Below, piece by piece: positions 1-9,905 of a DNA stretch of 64,000 nt. How positions within the stretch are numbered: the stretch's first letter is position 1; every line of letters starts with the position of its first letter. This stretch comes from Sminthopsis crassicaudata (Eukaryota). Under the pieces are notes generated by a model. That model searched no databases and had not been told where the DNA came from. It saw only the letters and a list, made by a program, of their open reading frames with translations. The stretch lies in NCBI RefSeq assembly GCF_048593235.1, contig NC_133622.1, forward strand, positions 236,933,198 to 236,997,197, given 5' to 3'. The position numbers and the translations under genes are program-made.

Positions 1-384
1 GACAGACAATGGCTAGGATCATATTCTTAACTATAAAAAGATGAAATCATACTGTTTGATTTAAATAAGCTATTTTTATTTGAATATAAAAAGAGAAAAT
101 CTGTGCTATTCCAGTAGGGTTAGAATTAGAAACTAACCTGCTCTATGTTACCTCCCTGTGAAGATCAGCCCAGATAGCATAGGAAGTATTTTGTAAACCT
201 TAAAGTATACTATAAATGCTATTTATCACGATTGCTTAGATTATTCATGTATCTTGGCCCATCTGACCTCCTTTCTTCTACTCAGCTGTGGCTCTTTGCC
301 CACTGAGATTCCTGTAGAAGTAAAAGATACAAAAGGACAATGGTTGGATGCCACTGTTTCTATAGATCCAAAGTGGTACAATGA

Positions 385-600
385 TTAAATGCTAGGCCTG
401 GAGTCTGGAAGATTTAAATTCAAATCTATTTTCAGACATGCATTAGTTATGTGACTCTGGCCAAGTCATTTAACTAATATTTTCTTCAGTATCCTTGTGT
501 AAAATGGAAATATGACCCAAGACCAAATGATAGTGATAAAGTGCTTAGAATAGTGTTTGGCACATAATTGACATTCAACAAATCCTTCCACCTTTCCCTT
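385..600 (+). mobile_element. CORE-SINE (MIR/Ther-1-like) with L2-type tail
   Basis: Core-like 'gtgactctggccaagtcatttaac' and tail 'aaagtgcttagaatagtgtttggcacata'; copies at ~29655-29870 and ~59035-59255. Confidence 0.7.
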
Positions 601-1069
601 CTTCCAACATTATGGTATTTGAGTTTCTTTAAAATCAGAAAAACAATGCTGCCTTATATTATCACATAATCTCCAAATGCATTGAAACAAAAGAACATTT
701 TCAAACATAGATGTGAAGAATCTTTTCCCCCTAAATTATTATATGAAACAGCCAAGTCAGTCCAACTCAGTGCATTTCCCCATAACCTCTGGCTATGGAA
801 AATTGAACACAATTTAGGCAAATAAGTTGAAGCTCCTCTCTCTGAACAGTGAGGTGTGCTGAGCTGCATAGGATCAATCTTTGTAGTGCCCAAGGAAATA
901 GAGGAAGAAGTGAAATAAAACATAGCAAAACCCCTAAATACTAGCTTTTATTCCATCAGGGGCGTGATCTGTCTTGACATCTAAAGTCAGGTTTTTGTTT
1001 TCAACAATGAGGAAATTGATACTCAGAATATGAAAGTGAGAGAAAAACCTTCCATCCTATGTATCCTAC

Positions 1070-1259
1070 CTCAAAAGAAGTGCTCTTCCCATTATATCAG
1101 AAAACTTGTATTGCCATTGCCTGGACAGAGAGGGAGTAGATCGATAACAAGGGACTATGCTTTACCCTCTTTATAAAGAAAAAAATTTGCAGAATATGAG
1201 AAGAAAAGTGATTTTTTTTTCCCTGTCTACCACCAAATAGCTGGGAACATGGAAGAGAA
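1070..1259 (-). other. Putative non-coding exon 2 of a V1R-C-type gene whose CDS lies left of the window
   Basis: Minus-strand acceptor cctctttctctcttttcccctgtacag|ttc and donor tttgag|gtagga; the acceptor is conserved in all five copies of this block. Confidence 0.55.
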
Positions 1260-1727
1260 CTGTACAGGGGAAAAGAGAGAAAGAGGACATATGGAGAAGG
1301 TATCAATAAAGATTCAAGGACCCTGAATCTACAGTGAACTAGTAAGATATGTGTTAAACTGACATTGAGAGGATTCTGGGTAAGAAAGAGGTTAGCGCCA
1401 TTACCGGAGATGAACTCTCTCTCTCTTGTCTTTCTCCTCCCCAAATATATAGTATATGCTGCCTCCTATCATTTGGCAAGAGTGATAAAGAGTGGGCTGA
1501 AGATTAAGTAAAGGAATGGAGAACAAAAGCTTACAATATTTGTTCTCAAACCCAAGCCAGAATAGCCTAGAATAGTCAAAATGTCCTTCCTGTGTCTCCC
1601 TCCCAAAAATCATTATTCCTAGTCATCTTTTCTTCTTCATTGCAGAACTGAGAGCCTGTTCCCTGGCTCCTGGAAGGGATTCTTGCCTATCCCTGTGTCT
1701 GAGGCTAAGGCCTTCCATATTACTCAC

Positions 1728-2150
1728 CAGACTGTTCTCTGCTGTGGCCTGGAATAGAATTGCAGAAGTCTGTGCATGTCTGTGTGTGTGTATGTGACTG
1801 TGTATATGTATGTGTGGGGCATATCTGGGGCTGAAGTTATAGGGAGAGCAGATTCTGAGCTCATTTCCCCTCAGAGCTATAATTATGATGTTATGTGCTG
1901 CAAGAGGAACACTTGACAGAATAGGGAACTTGAGGGGTGTCTTAATTAGGAAGAGAATTTTACCTCATGTGAAAATTTTTGTCAACAATTTTTATTTGAT
2001 TAATGAGGCTCTCCAAAGAAATATTTGTGAAGTAAAGAAAAAGAGATTTTCCTCTACCTGTTGAGAAAAAAAATTTTCATTTTTTTTCATGGTCATTACA
2101 AGGGTGTGCTGCTAAATGTCAAACAGTGATTTCAGAAAAATGTACTCTGG
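1728..2150 (-). promoter_or_regulatory. Putative V1R exon 1 / promoter block (copy X1)
   Basis: Minus-strand donor ctg|gtgagt at 1727; block homologous to 15178-15600, 30997-31410, 44426-44860 and 60383-60790; TAATTA, TGACAG and TGATTAAT motifs. Confidence 0.6.
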
Positions 2151-2392
2151 GAAAGCTGAAAAGGGTTTATAAGGAAAGCTAGTGATTTAAGTTTGAGACA
2201 AAATGACTTTGAGATGTTTCCATCCAAAGTGTACACAATTTGAAATGTACAATGGATCGTTTTTGATTCAGATCTAAACTACTCCTGAGAAGTATTTTTG
2301 TTTATTTAGTATCAAGTCATTTGATAATTATAGGTTTATAATGTGATTTGAATTCTATTTACTTTTCTTTCCTAATACTTTTTATCAATATC

Positions 2393-2680
2393 AAGAAGAA
2401 AAACCCCAACCATAAAATCTTATTCTAGAAATGGGAGACTGGGATTCATCTTCAGAGAACTACAGTGAAGTAAAAAAGGCCTCTTGTATTCCAAAGTATA
2501 ACATTAAATGGCAACCCATCCAGAAAGAATTTATACAAGAATTCAAAAAAGACTTTAAAAATCAAATGAGACTAATTGAGAAAAACTTACAAAAAATAAA
2601 AGCAAGAAAACCATTTAGGAAAAATAAGAAAATTTTGAAAAAAAGTCAATCAAGTAGAAAAGGAGATGCAGAAACTACAT
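2393..2680 (+). mobile_element. L1 ORF1 5' fragment (decayed)
   Basis: Frameshifted translation KKNPTIKSY...KEFIQEFKKDFKNQMR...KVNQ(V/L)EKEMQKL resembles the marsupial L1 ORF1 N-terminus/coiled coil (recall-based). Confidence 0.75.
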
Positions 2681-2684
2681 TATA

Positions 2685-4238
2685 ATGAATACATTACAAT
2701 GCATATTCCCTTGGTTTTTCAAGGAAGAAGAAATAGAGGCAGATAATTGGAAACTTGTAGGAGATCAACTATGTGAATACTACAATGATAAAGGCCCTGA
2801 TTCAATTTCTAAGGAACCACTCTATATGTACAACATAATACAATTGGCCTTAAAGAATCCCACAAGTTCCAGAAAAAAGAAAAGTTTTAAGAACAGCCAG
2901 ATGAGGAAGTGTGAGGAAAAAGAGGAACACAAAGGAGAGATTAATGGCAATGTCACCAGAGGGCATGAGGACTTAAGTGAACTTGAAGGGCATGGTGATT
3001 CTTATTCTCACAGCCCAGCTTCAACTCTACCTACACCAGAGCAGCTCCTTGAGCCTCCCCCATCAACTTCACCTTCCTGAGTGGAGGGAGGAGGAGGAGT
3101 GGGAAGGGCAGTGATATCATTAGCACCTATCCCACCCCAGCAATCACCCCCTCCTATGACTAGATTGCAAAAGGCATTACTTAAAGCCATAGAAGAAGCT
3201 GATATGAGCACAGCTGATATGAGAATAGAAATGTATCCTGTGATTCAACAGCTTAACTCTTCAGGTCAAGAATGTAGAAGATACAATCCTTTTGATTTAG
3301 AAATCATCAATGACTGAAAAAGGCTTGCATTCTTTATGGGGCTACATCATCTTATGTTAAGATGTTATTATAGAATTTGGCTTATGAAATTTTAACTCCT
3401 AGTGACTGGAAATCTATAGCAAGGACATGCTTAGAACCTGAACAAAACTTGTTGTGGCTCTCTGAATATAGTGAGCTCTGTAGGATACAAGTCCAATGAA
3501 AAAGTCAAAGTGGAGTTAATGCTCCGGTCATATGTGACCAACTAACTGGTGTAGGTTCTTATGTAGATACTTCAGTAAACATTAATTACCCCATAGCCAA
3601 ATATGAGCAAATAACTTTTGCTGCTATCAAAGCATGGGGTTTTATCCCAGGTCAACAGGACAAAGGAGAGGCCTTCATGAAACTAGCACAAGGGCCAAGT
3701 GAACCCTTTGCTGATTTTGTGGGATGTTTACAGATAGCTTTCATGCAAACTATTGGTGAAAATGCAGCAACAGAAATTATGATAAGGTAACTTGCTAAAG
3801 AAATTGCTAATGAGGTTTATAAAAGAATTATTCTAGGACTACACAAGGATGCTCCTTTAGAGGAGATCATAAGATGCTGTGCCAGAGTGGGTAAAGATAC
3901 CTTTTATAGCCAGGCTATGATGCAGACTTCCCAAGATCCGAACATGGAAATACAGGGTCCCTTTTGGCAAGGGACTTCCAGAGAGACTCATCAATGTTTT
4001 CAAGTAGGGAAAGTAAAGTAGGGCATCTGAAAACTTAATGTTGGCATAGAGACAAGTGAGAAAACAGGGTGGGAGAACAAGACCCAATACCCCATGTCCA
4101 AAATGTAACAGAAGCTTTTATTGGGCATCAGAAAGTAGACTGATACAGGGAAATGGGATGAGGGGCCCAGCCCTGGGGCCCAAAATAAAAAAAAATACTT
4201 GGGGAATGATGGCAGCCAATGCTACACCCAGCCTTTAG
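2685..4238 (+). pseudogene. gag: ERV gag, disrupted
   Basis: MA-like PWF..EIEADNWKLVGDQLCEYY; CA PFDLEII; MHR QGPSEPFADFV; NC CPKCNRSFYWASE; stops and frameshifts. Confidence 0.93.
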
Positions 4239-4369
4239 AATAGAATAGAAAAATAGCCTTTAGAAGTTCAATACGCAGACATGACAAATCAGGCAGGAAG
4301 CAATCTGATGGGAGAAAGGGATTGCACAATCAATCAGCCAGGAAGCAACCTGATGGGAGAAAAGGATTA

Positions 4370-4950
4370 CAATTAGGGGGAATAGAATTGTGTACAGCTG
4401 GGACAACTGAGATAGCCCCTGGGGAGGTGAAATCTGTTCCTCTCCAGCCTATGGATCCCTTGCCTCTAGGCCCAGTAGGCTTGACCATTTCACTTCCTGA
4501 TAGTACTTACAAAACAGTGTTCATCCATACACTGATGTGTAGGAGAAATAGTAGCATCAGGTTTACAGATAGACTCCTAATAGGCAATCTGGTTATCGTT
4601 GGCCAGATTCTGACTCCAGCAAAATCCACGAATATACTAGACAGCAGCTGTGACAGCTGACTGTCCTATGGTCACTTACTATATAAATGGCATACCATTA
4701 GAAGGATTGGTAGGCACAGGTGCAGATCATACAGTCATTAGAGGTGTCAACTGGCCCAGTCACTGGCCAAAGATTAAAGCAGACACCTTTATGTCTGATG
4801 TAGGAGGAACAATAGCAGCTGAAGTTAGTGCTCTCCTTTGAGATGGACATTTGAAGTCAAAACAGGGGTTTTACTCCTTTTATAGTTGAAAAAAATCCCC
4901 ATCAATCTGTTGGGGAAGAGACATTTTACAACAATTAGGATTATAAATGA
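4370..4950 (+). pseudogene. pro: ERV pro (degenerate dUTPase + aspartic protease), disrupted
   Basis: PGEVKSVP..PLPLGPVGL dUTPase-like segment; INGIPLEGLV(G)TGADHTVI protease motif with DTG>GTG; IPINLLG. Confidence 0.88.
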
Positions 4951-4964
4951 GTACTTCCGTTTTT

Positions 4965-7520
4965 TAGTTAGGGCTGTTGTTGAAGGCCTGCCAACACCAT
5001 TCATCCAATGGAAAACTGATACACCAGTGTGGATAGATCAGTGGGCCTTAGCTAGCAATAAAATTCAGGCCTTATTAGATAAAGTGCAAGAGCAACTTGA
5101 CCAAGGACACTTACAACTTTCTCTAAGTCCTTGGAATTACCCTGTATTTGTTGTCAGAAAGAAACTGGAAAATGGAGGATGTTGACTGATTTAAGAAAGG
5201 TAAATGAACAGATGGAAACTATGTGAACTCTTTAGCCTGGACTTCCATCTCCTACTCAATTGCTCAGAGAATGGCCTCTTTGGGTTATTAAGGATTGTTT
5301 CTATTCTATTCCTCTAGATAAGGAGGATATGAAAAGATTTGCCTTTTCAGTGCCCAGCGTTAACTTAGCTGAGTCTTATAAAAGATATGAATGGACAGTT
5401 TTGCTACAGGGAATGAAAAACAGCTCTACTATGTGCCAAATGTATGTTGCTGCTGCTCTTACTCCAGTAAGAAAAGCATTTCCAAAAGTAATGTTATTAC
5501 ATTACATGGGTGATATATTGGGATGTGCACCTGAGGAACAAATGTTAGAAGCATGTCTGCAAAAGACCATGGAAATACTAAGGAATCATAAATTGCACAT
5601 AGCTCCAGAAAAAATTCAATGGTATGCTCCTTTTCAATATTTAGGATATGAAGTATACCCTAAGGTGTTTATAATACAAAAACTCTCCTTAAGAACAGAG
5701 AAGCTAAATACCTTAAATAACTTTCAGAAATTGATAGGAGATATCCAATGGATGTGTCCAGTGTTAGGCTTGACTACCTATCAATTGCAATCATTATATG
5801 ACATTTTAAGGGGAGACACTGCTTTAAACTTACCATGCCAGCTTAGAAAAGAAGCTCAAGAGTCTTTGAGAGAAGTTGAATTGGCTTTATCCAATTTGTT
5901 GAAAGAGTCATTCAGAAACCCTTGGTAATATCAGTTTTTGCTACACAAGAGGCACCCACAGCAGTCCTTCATCAAGGAGACATTGTGATAGAGTGGGTGA
6001 ACCTCCCAGCACAACCAGAACAAAGCCTTACTCCTTACCCAGTGCTTGTGGCTAGAATTTTATTAAAGGCCATTAAGTGAGCAGTACAATTATCTGGGAT
6101 AAGACCTGACAAGATATACACCTTTTATACTAATGCACAAGTTAATGTGTGCTGTGAAACCATCCTAAAGTGGCAAATTTTATTAGCCATGGCTCCAAAT
6201 TTTACACAGGGGTCTCCATTAAAGATAACCAGACTGTTACATAATTGGCAATGGATTCTTGAAGAAGAGGTTTCTAAAGTTCCTCTTAAAGGACTAACTA
6301 TCTTTACAGATGCATCCAAACATAATATTTGCACTGTATACTCTCGTTACTTAACTATAAAGAGAGTAGTCAGAACTCCTTTTCAGTCCACTCAGCAGAA
6401 TGAATTGTATGCAATCATTCTAGCTTTTACTTATTACCCAGGATACTTAAATACAATGACTGATTCCGTCTATTCAGTAGGTGTGATACAAAGAATTGCC
6501 ACAGCCCAAATAAAATTTGTAGCCTCTAATATATATCAGCTCTTTAAGGAAATTCAAGAGCAAGTGAGAAAGCATCCAGGTAAGACTTATATTTTGCATG
6601 TCCACTCTCATAGTAGACTTCCAGCTCCTATTTTTGATGGTAACTCAAAGGCAGATAGCCTTCTAATCATGTTGGCCAATACTCCTTTATTTCAAGCAGT
6701 CCAAGAATCTCATTCTAAATATCCTGAGGCTGGTCAAGCTTTACGTTTACAATTTGGAATAACAAGAGAAGAAGCTAGGAGCATAGTAAAAGCCTGTATA
6801 GCTTGCCTTCCTTTCCATGCTTCTACACTCCCTCCAGGGAAGAACCCTCGTGATTTGAGACCCAGTGAAATTTGGCAAATGGACGTGAACCACTGTAAAT
6901 CTTTTGGTCACCTGTGTTTTATCCATATTGTGGTAGACACCTTTTTAGGATTCACATTTGCAATGCCAGCAGCAAAAAGACAGCTCAAGTGGTCACTGAA
7001 TTCCTTATACAAGCATTTGCAATTATGGGGTACCACAAACAATAAAAACAGACAATGGACCTGCATATACTTCCACACAATTTGCACAATTTTGTGCACA
7101 GTATAAGATTTTACATACCATTGGCATCCCCTTTAATTCTCAAGGACAGGCAACAGTAGAGAGGAGAAACAGAGACATTAAGAATCTCCTCCAAAAAGAA
7201 AAGAAAAGGGGAGCAGTAACCCTAGAGAACTTCTAAATCTAGCTCTTCATACTTTTAACTTCTTGATTTTTGACAATGATGCACTGGCTTTGGTGGACAG
7301 ATTTTATAACCCACCAGAAGGGCAGTGTCCAGTGTGTGAGCAGCAGCACTGTCTTTAGATAAGCATCAGGTGATGTAGGGAGACCCAGAAAGTGGTGAAT
7401 GGAAGGGACCAGAGAGGTTAACTGTTTGGGGGAGAGGGTTTGCTTGTATCTCTACAGATGGAGAAGGAATTAGATGGGTGCCAATGAGCCGCATTATCCT
7501 TGTCCATCATAGAGAGTTGG
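4965..7520 (+). pseudogene. pol: ERV pol (RT-RNaseH-IN), disrupted
   Basis: PVWIDQW, SPWNYPVFVV, KDCFYSIPL, QGMKNS, HYMGDIL (YMDD), FTDAS, WQMDV, IVVDTF; several frameshifts and stops. Confidence 0.95.
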
Positions 7521-7610
7521 AGCAGACCCTTTGAAATGAAGGAGAAGACCCAAGAAACATTGGGTGGTTCCATTACTGACTATGACCCCTACTGAAGGAG
7601 CCTGACAGTT

Positions 7611-7832
7611 ATGGTATTTGACTCATGGACATCAAAAATTGTTGGACTTCAAAACCCTCAGCAATCATTGGATTTTCTGAGTCATGATAAAACTGTTGCC
7701 GGACTTAAAAATCTGCAGGAACCATTGTATTTCATGGTACGTGAAGCAATGGACAAGAGATTGATTTTGGACTATTTCTTGGCTGCTGAAGGAGGCATAT
7801 GTGCGACTGTTGTTTACATACCCTCCTTCTAG
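7611..7832 (+). pseudogene. env: env TM remnant, open 73-aa ORF with immunosuppressive-domain-like motif
   Basis: MDKRLILDYFLAAEGGICA motif after two heptad-like repeats; SU, CX6CC completion and membrane anchor absent. Confidence 0.7.
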
Positions 7833-7957
7833 GACTTCTGAAAATCTTTTACAACACCATGTTGATTCATAGCGTTTCTTATATCACTACTTGCATGTAT
7901 AATTCATGTTTGTTACACCACATTGAGCCTGCACCAGCTGTGAGGAGAGTCATCACT

Positions 7958-8352
7958 TGTAATGTGCTGTTGTCTCCAGAAACTGCCAATCGCTCTCTGG
8001 TCTAGAGGAGAGACTTCTTCCTCCAGAGAACCGCCTCAACTCTGGCCCAGAAAAGACTTTTTCTCCTCCAGAGAGCCGCTCCAACTCTGACCTAGAGCAG
8101 AGACTCTTCTCTATCTCTCTAGTGCCGCCCTGTTTTATCCTCCCAGAGAATGGGCGTGGGATAACACAAGGGCTTCTGGGAAAAATTACTTCAACCAATG
8201 AACTTGGTCCTCTCAAGCATCTCCTCTCCAGGAGTTCACAGAAGCAAAACTCCCAGTAAAGGCCAGAACTAGAGAATTGTCAAGTACCAACTTAGCACTT
8301 AGTAAGAACTTATCATCTCATTATCTCATTAGTACTTAGTAAGAACCTAACA
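7958..8352 (-). mobile_element. Solo LTR nested in the ERV 3' untranslated region
   Basis: TGT...ACA ends; 6-bp TSD ATCACT at 7952-7957 and 8353-8358; on the minus strand GGATAAAA TATA-like box, a CCAAT box and internal ~41-bp tandem repeats. Confidence 0.9.
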
Positions 8353-8569
8353 ATCACTAATATCCTGTGTGTTATTGCTATGTGCTTGTGTAATACCTCC
8401 CATGCTGATGGGTTTGTGCATACCTGTTTCTCGTAAGACCCTTCAGCCCAGAAACCCGCTAACAATATCTGGCTTGACTCCCCAATTCCCTTTCCTGTTT
8501 TTCATCTCTCTGCCTGAGAAGTCAGGGAAGGCGTGACCACCATGTTCTAAAGCTAAAGAAAGCAGGAGA

Positions 8570-8914
8570 TATAAAGGGCTGAAACTCTTAAAAGATGTGC
8601 TAGAATCAGACACAGAGCCCTTAAGGGTAATTACCTACTGGACAATAACGCTATTAGCATATGTTTGGAATTTCTCTTCTCAGTTAGTTCTGGCTCAATA
8701 TTTGGGGTTAACAGAATTGTAGGTAAGGATTAGAGGGTGGGGTGAGAGAGGCTAGAGAATTTTACTTTGTAGAGGACCAGGAAAAGACAGGTTGGTGGGG
8801 AGCTTGTGGCAATTTAGCTGTTGCCTTCACTTCTTCCCCTAAAGACCAAGGACTTTTACTTATCCTGATTCTGGCTGTTCCTAAGACCTCCAGGGAGCTA
8901 GCCCGGGCTTTACA
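8570..8914 (+). mobile_element. ERV 3' LTR (345 bp)
   Basis: Purine tract aaagaaagcaggaga (8555-8569), then T(A/G)TAAAG...CTTTACA terminal inverted repeat. Confidence 0.85.
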
Positions 8915-9140
8915 TATAATATCTTCTACTATTGTATATGATTCCATGAAATGAAAATTTATTGTTACATATTTTGAATCCCCTTTGTTATTCTGCTAGG
9001 CACATGAAATTGTTGTGTGTTTTTTCTTTTTTTCTCGATGTCTATATTTTTATTATTTTATATTTAACTTTAAATCAATATTTAAAAAGGAACAGGAGGA
9101 AATATCTTCTCAGGTTTCTGCTTTGTGAATAGTCTTGGTG
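8915..9140 (+). mobile_element. Old L1 3' UTR-like fragment (ERV insertion target)
   Basis: 'aatgaaaatttattgttacatattttgaa' homologous to the uninterrupted copy at ~19200-19510. Confidence 0.6.
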
Positions 9141-9149
9141 ATTATTTCA

Positions 9150-9905
9150 TGTAACTTTTGGCAAGTGTTTAGATACTATTCTTTTTATTTACAAATTTAT
9201 GGTCATTTTACATTCCTGGTTCTATTTACTTTACTTTCCATAATTTCACCTATGTTTTCCCATTTTTCTGCACATTTATTATATTCATGACTTTTTAAAA
9301 TTGTAGTAATCTGCATAATATTTAATATTCCATTTATTTTTAATATGTATTCCATATTTACTTCATTACATTTACATGCCATGCTTTTTAAAAGACTTTT
9401 TCAAGTAGATGGGAACTGACTTTGTTTTCATTCTTTGCTTCAATCAAAAATGTTGTTATAAATATTCTGATGTATGTCGGGTTTTTTTTTTTTGAACATT
9501 GGTCTCATTGGGGTATATGCCTAAGAGTAGGGTATCCAATTTTATATGGGAAGGGGTAGTATTATTTTTCATTTGTTCCTTTCTTTATATTCTTTCACTT
9601 TATGAAGGAGAATTGGAGTTATAGGATTATTGTTATATGATTATTGCTTTTATGTTTTTATATGTTTTATGACAAACTCGATTTTTTGTTTTGGTAAGAA
9701 TTTTACCTGTTTCCATTGTTGGGAATCATCAGTTCTCCTATTATCCTGCTGTATTATGATGATGTGAGTCTTTACATTCAGATTACTTATCCATTTTGAG
9801 CTAATTTTGTGATATGGTTTTAGTCCCTAATTTATGCTCATTTTTTCCTTTTTTCCCTAGCATTTCTCAAGTAGAGAGTTATTCCTGAGAAGAGTTCTTT
9901 AAACA
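9150..9905 (-). mobile_element. Old L1 ORF2 3' fragment overlapping the V1R-A stop codon / 3' UTR
   Basis: Minus strand 'ccatatcacaaaattagctcaaaatggataagtaatctgaatgtaaag' resembles L1 ORF2; homologues at ~19560-20162 and ~22560-23145. Confidence 0.65.

Larger units (their letters stand above)
2680..8914 (+). mobile_element. Class II (betaretrovirus-like) ERV provirus, 5' LTR/PBS/gag start deleted, copy A
   Basis: gag (MA, CA, two zinc knuckles), dUTPase-like + protease, RT/RNaseH/IN, env remnant, PPT and 3' LTR, in order. Confidence 0.95.

Noticed and set aside
654-1613. Hydrophobic minus-strand ORFs in the promoter/UTR block (also 14561-15063, 29736-30716, 59120-60102) as a further GPCR or novel gene
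   Set aside because: Frames, starts and stops are not conserved among the five copies and there are no V1R or other motifs; they are better explained as intron/UTR sequence.
2431-2685. 84-aa pre-gag ORF as an ERV accessory protein
   Set aside because: It is a frameshifted L1 ORF1 remnant and is not open in units B or C.
2150-2690. 5' LTR and tRNA primer-binding site of the provirus
   Set aside because: No copy of the 8570-8914 LTR and no TGG-starting PBS upstream of gag; the region is deleted.
2685-7520. Replication-competent or domesticated gag/pol
   Set aside because: Multiple stops and frameshifts and mutated catalytic Asp residues in all copies.
8570-8914. 3' LTR as an antisense promoter reading into V1R-A
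   Set aside because: The orientation fits, but I could not identify an intact TATA box or poly(A) signal, so there is no sequence support.
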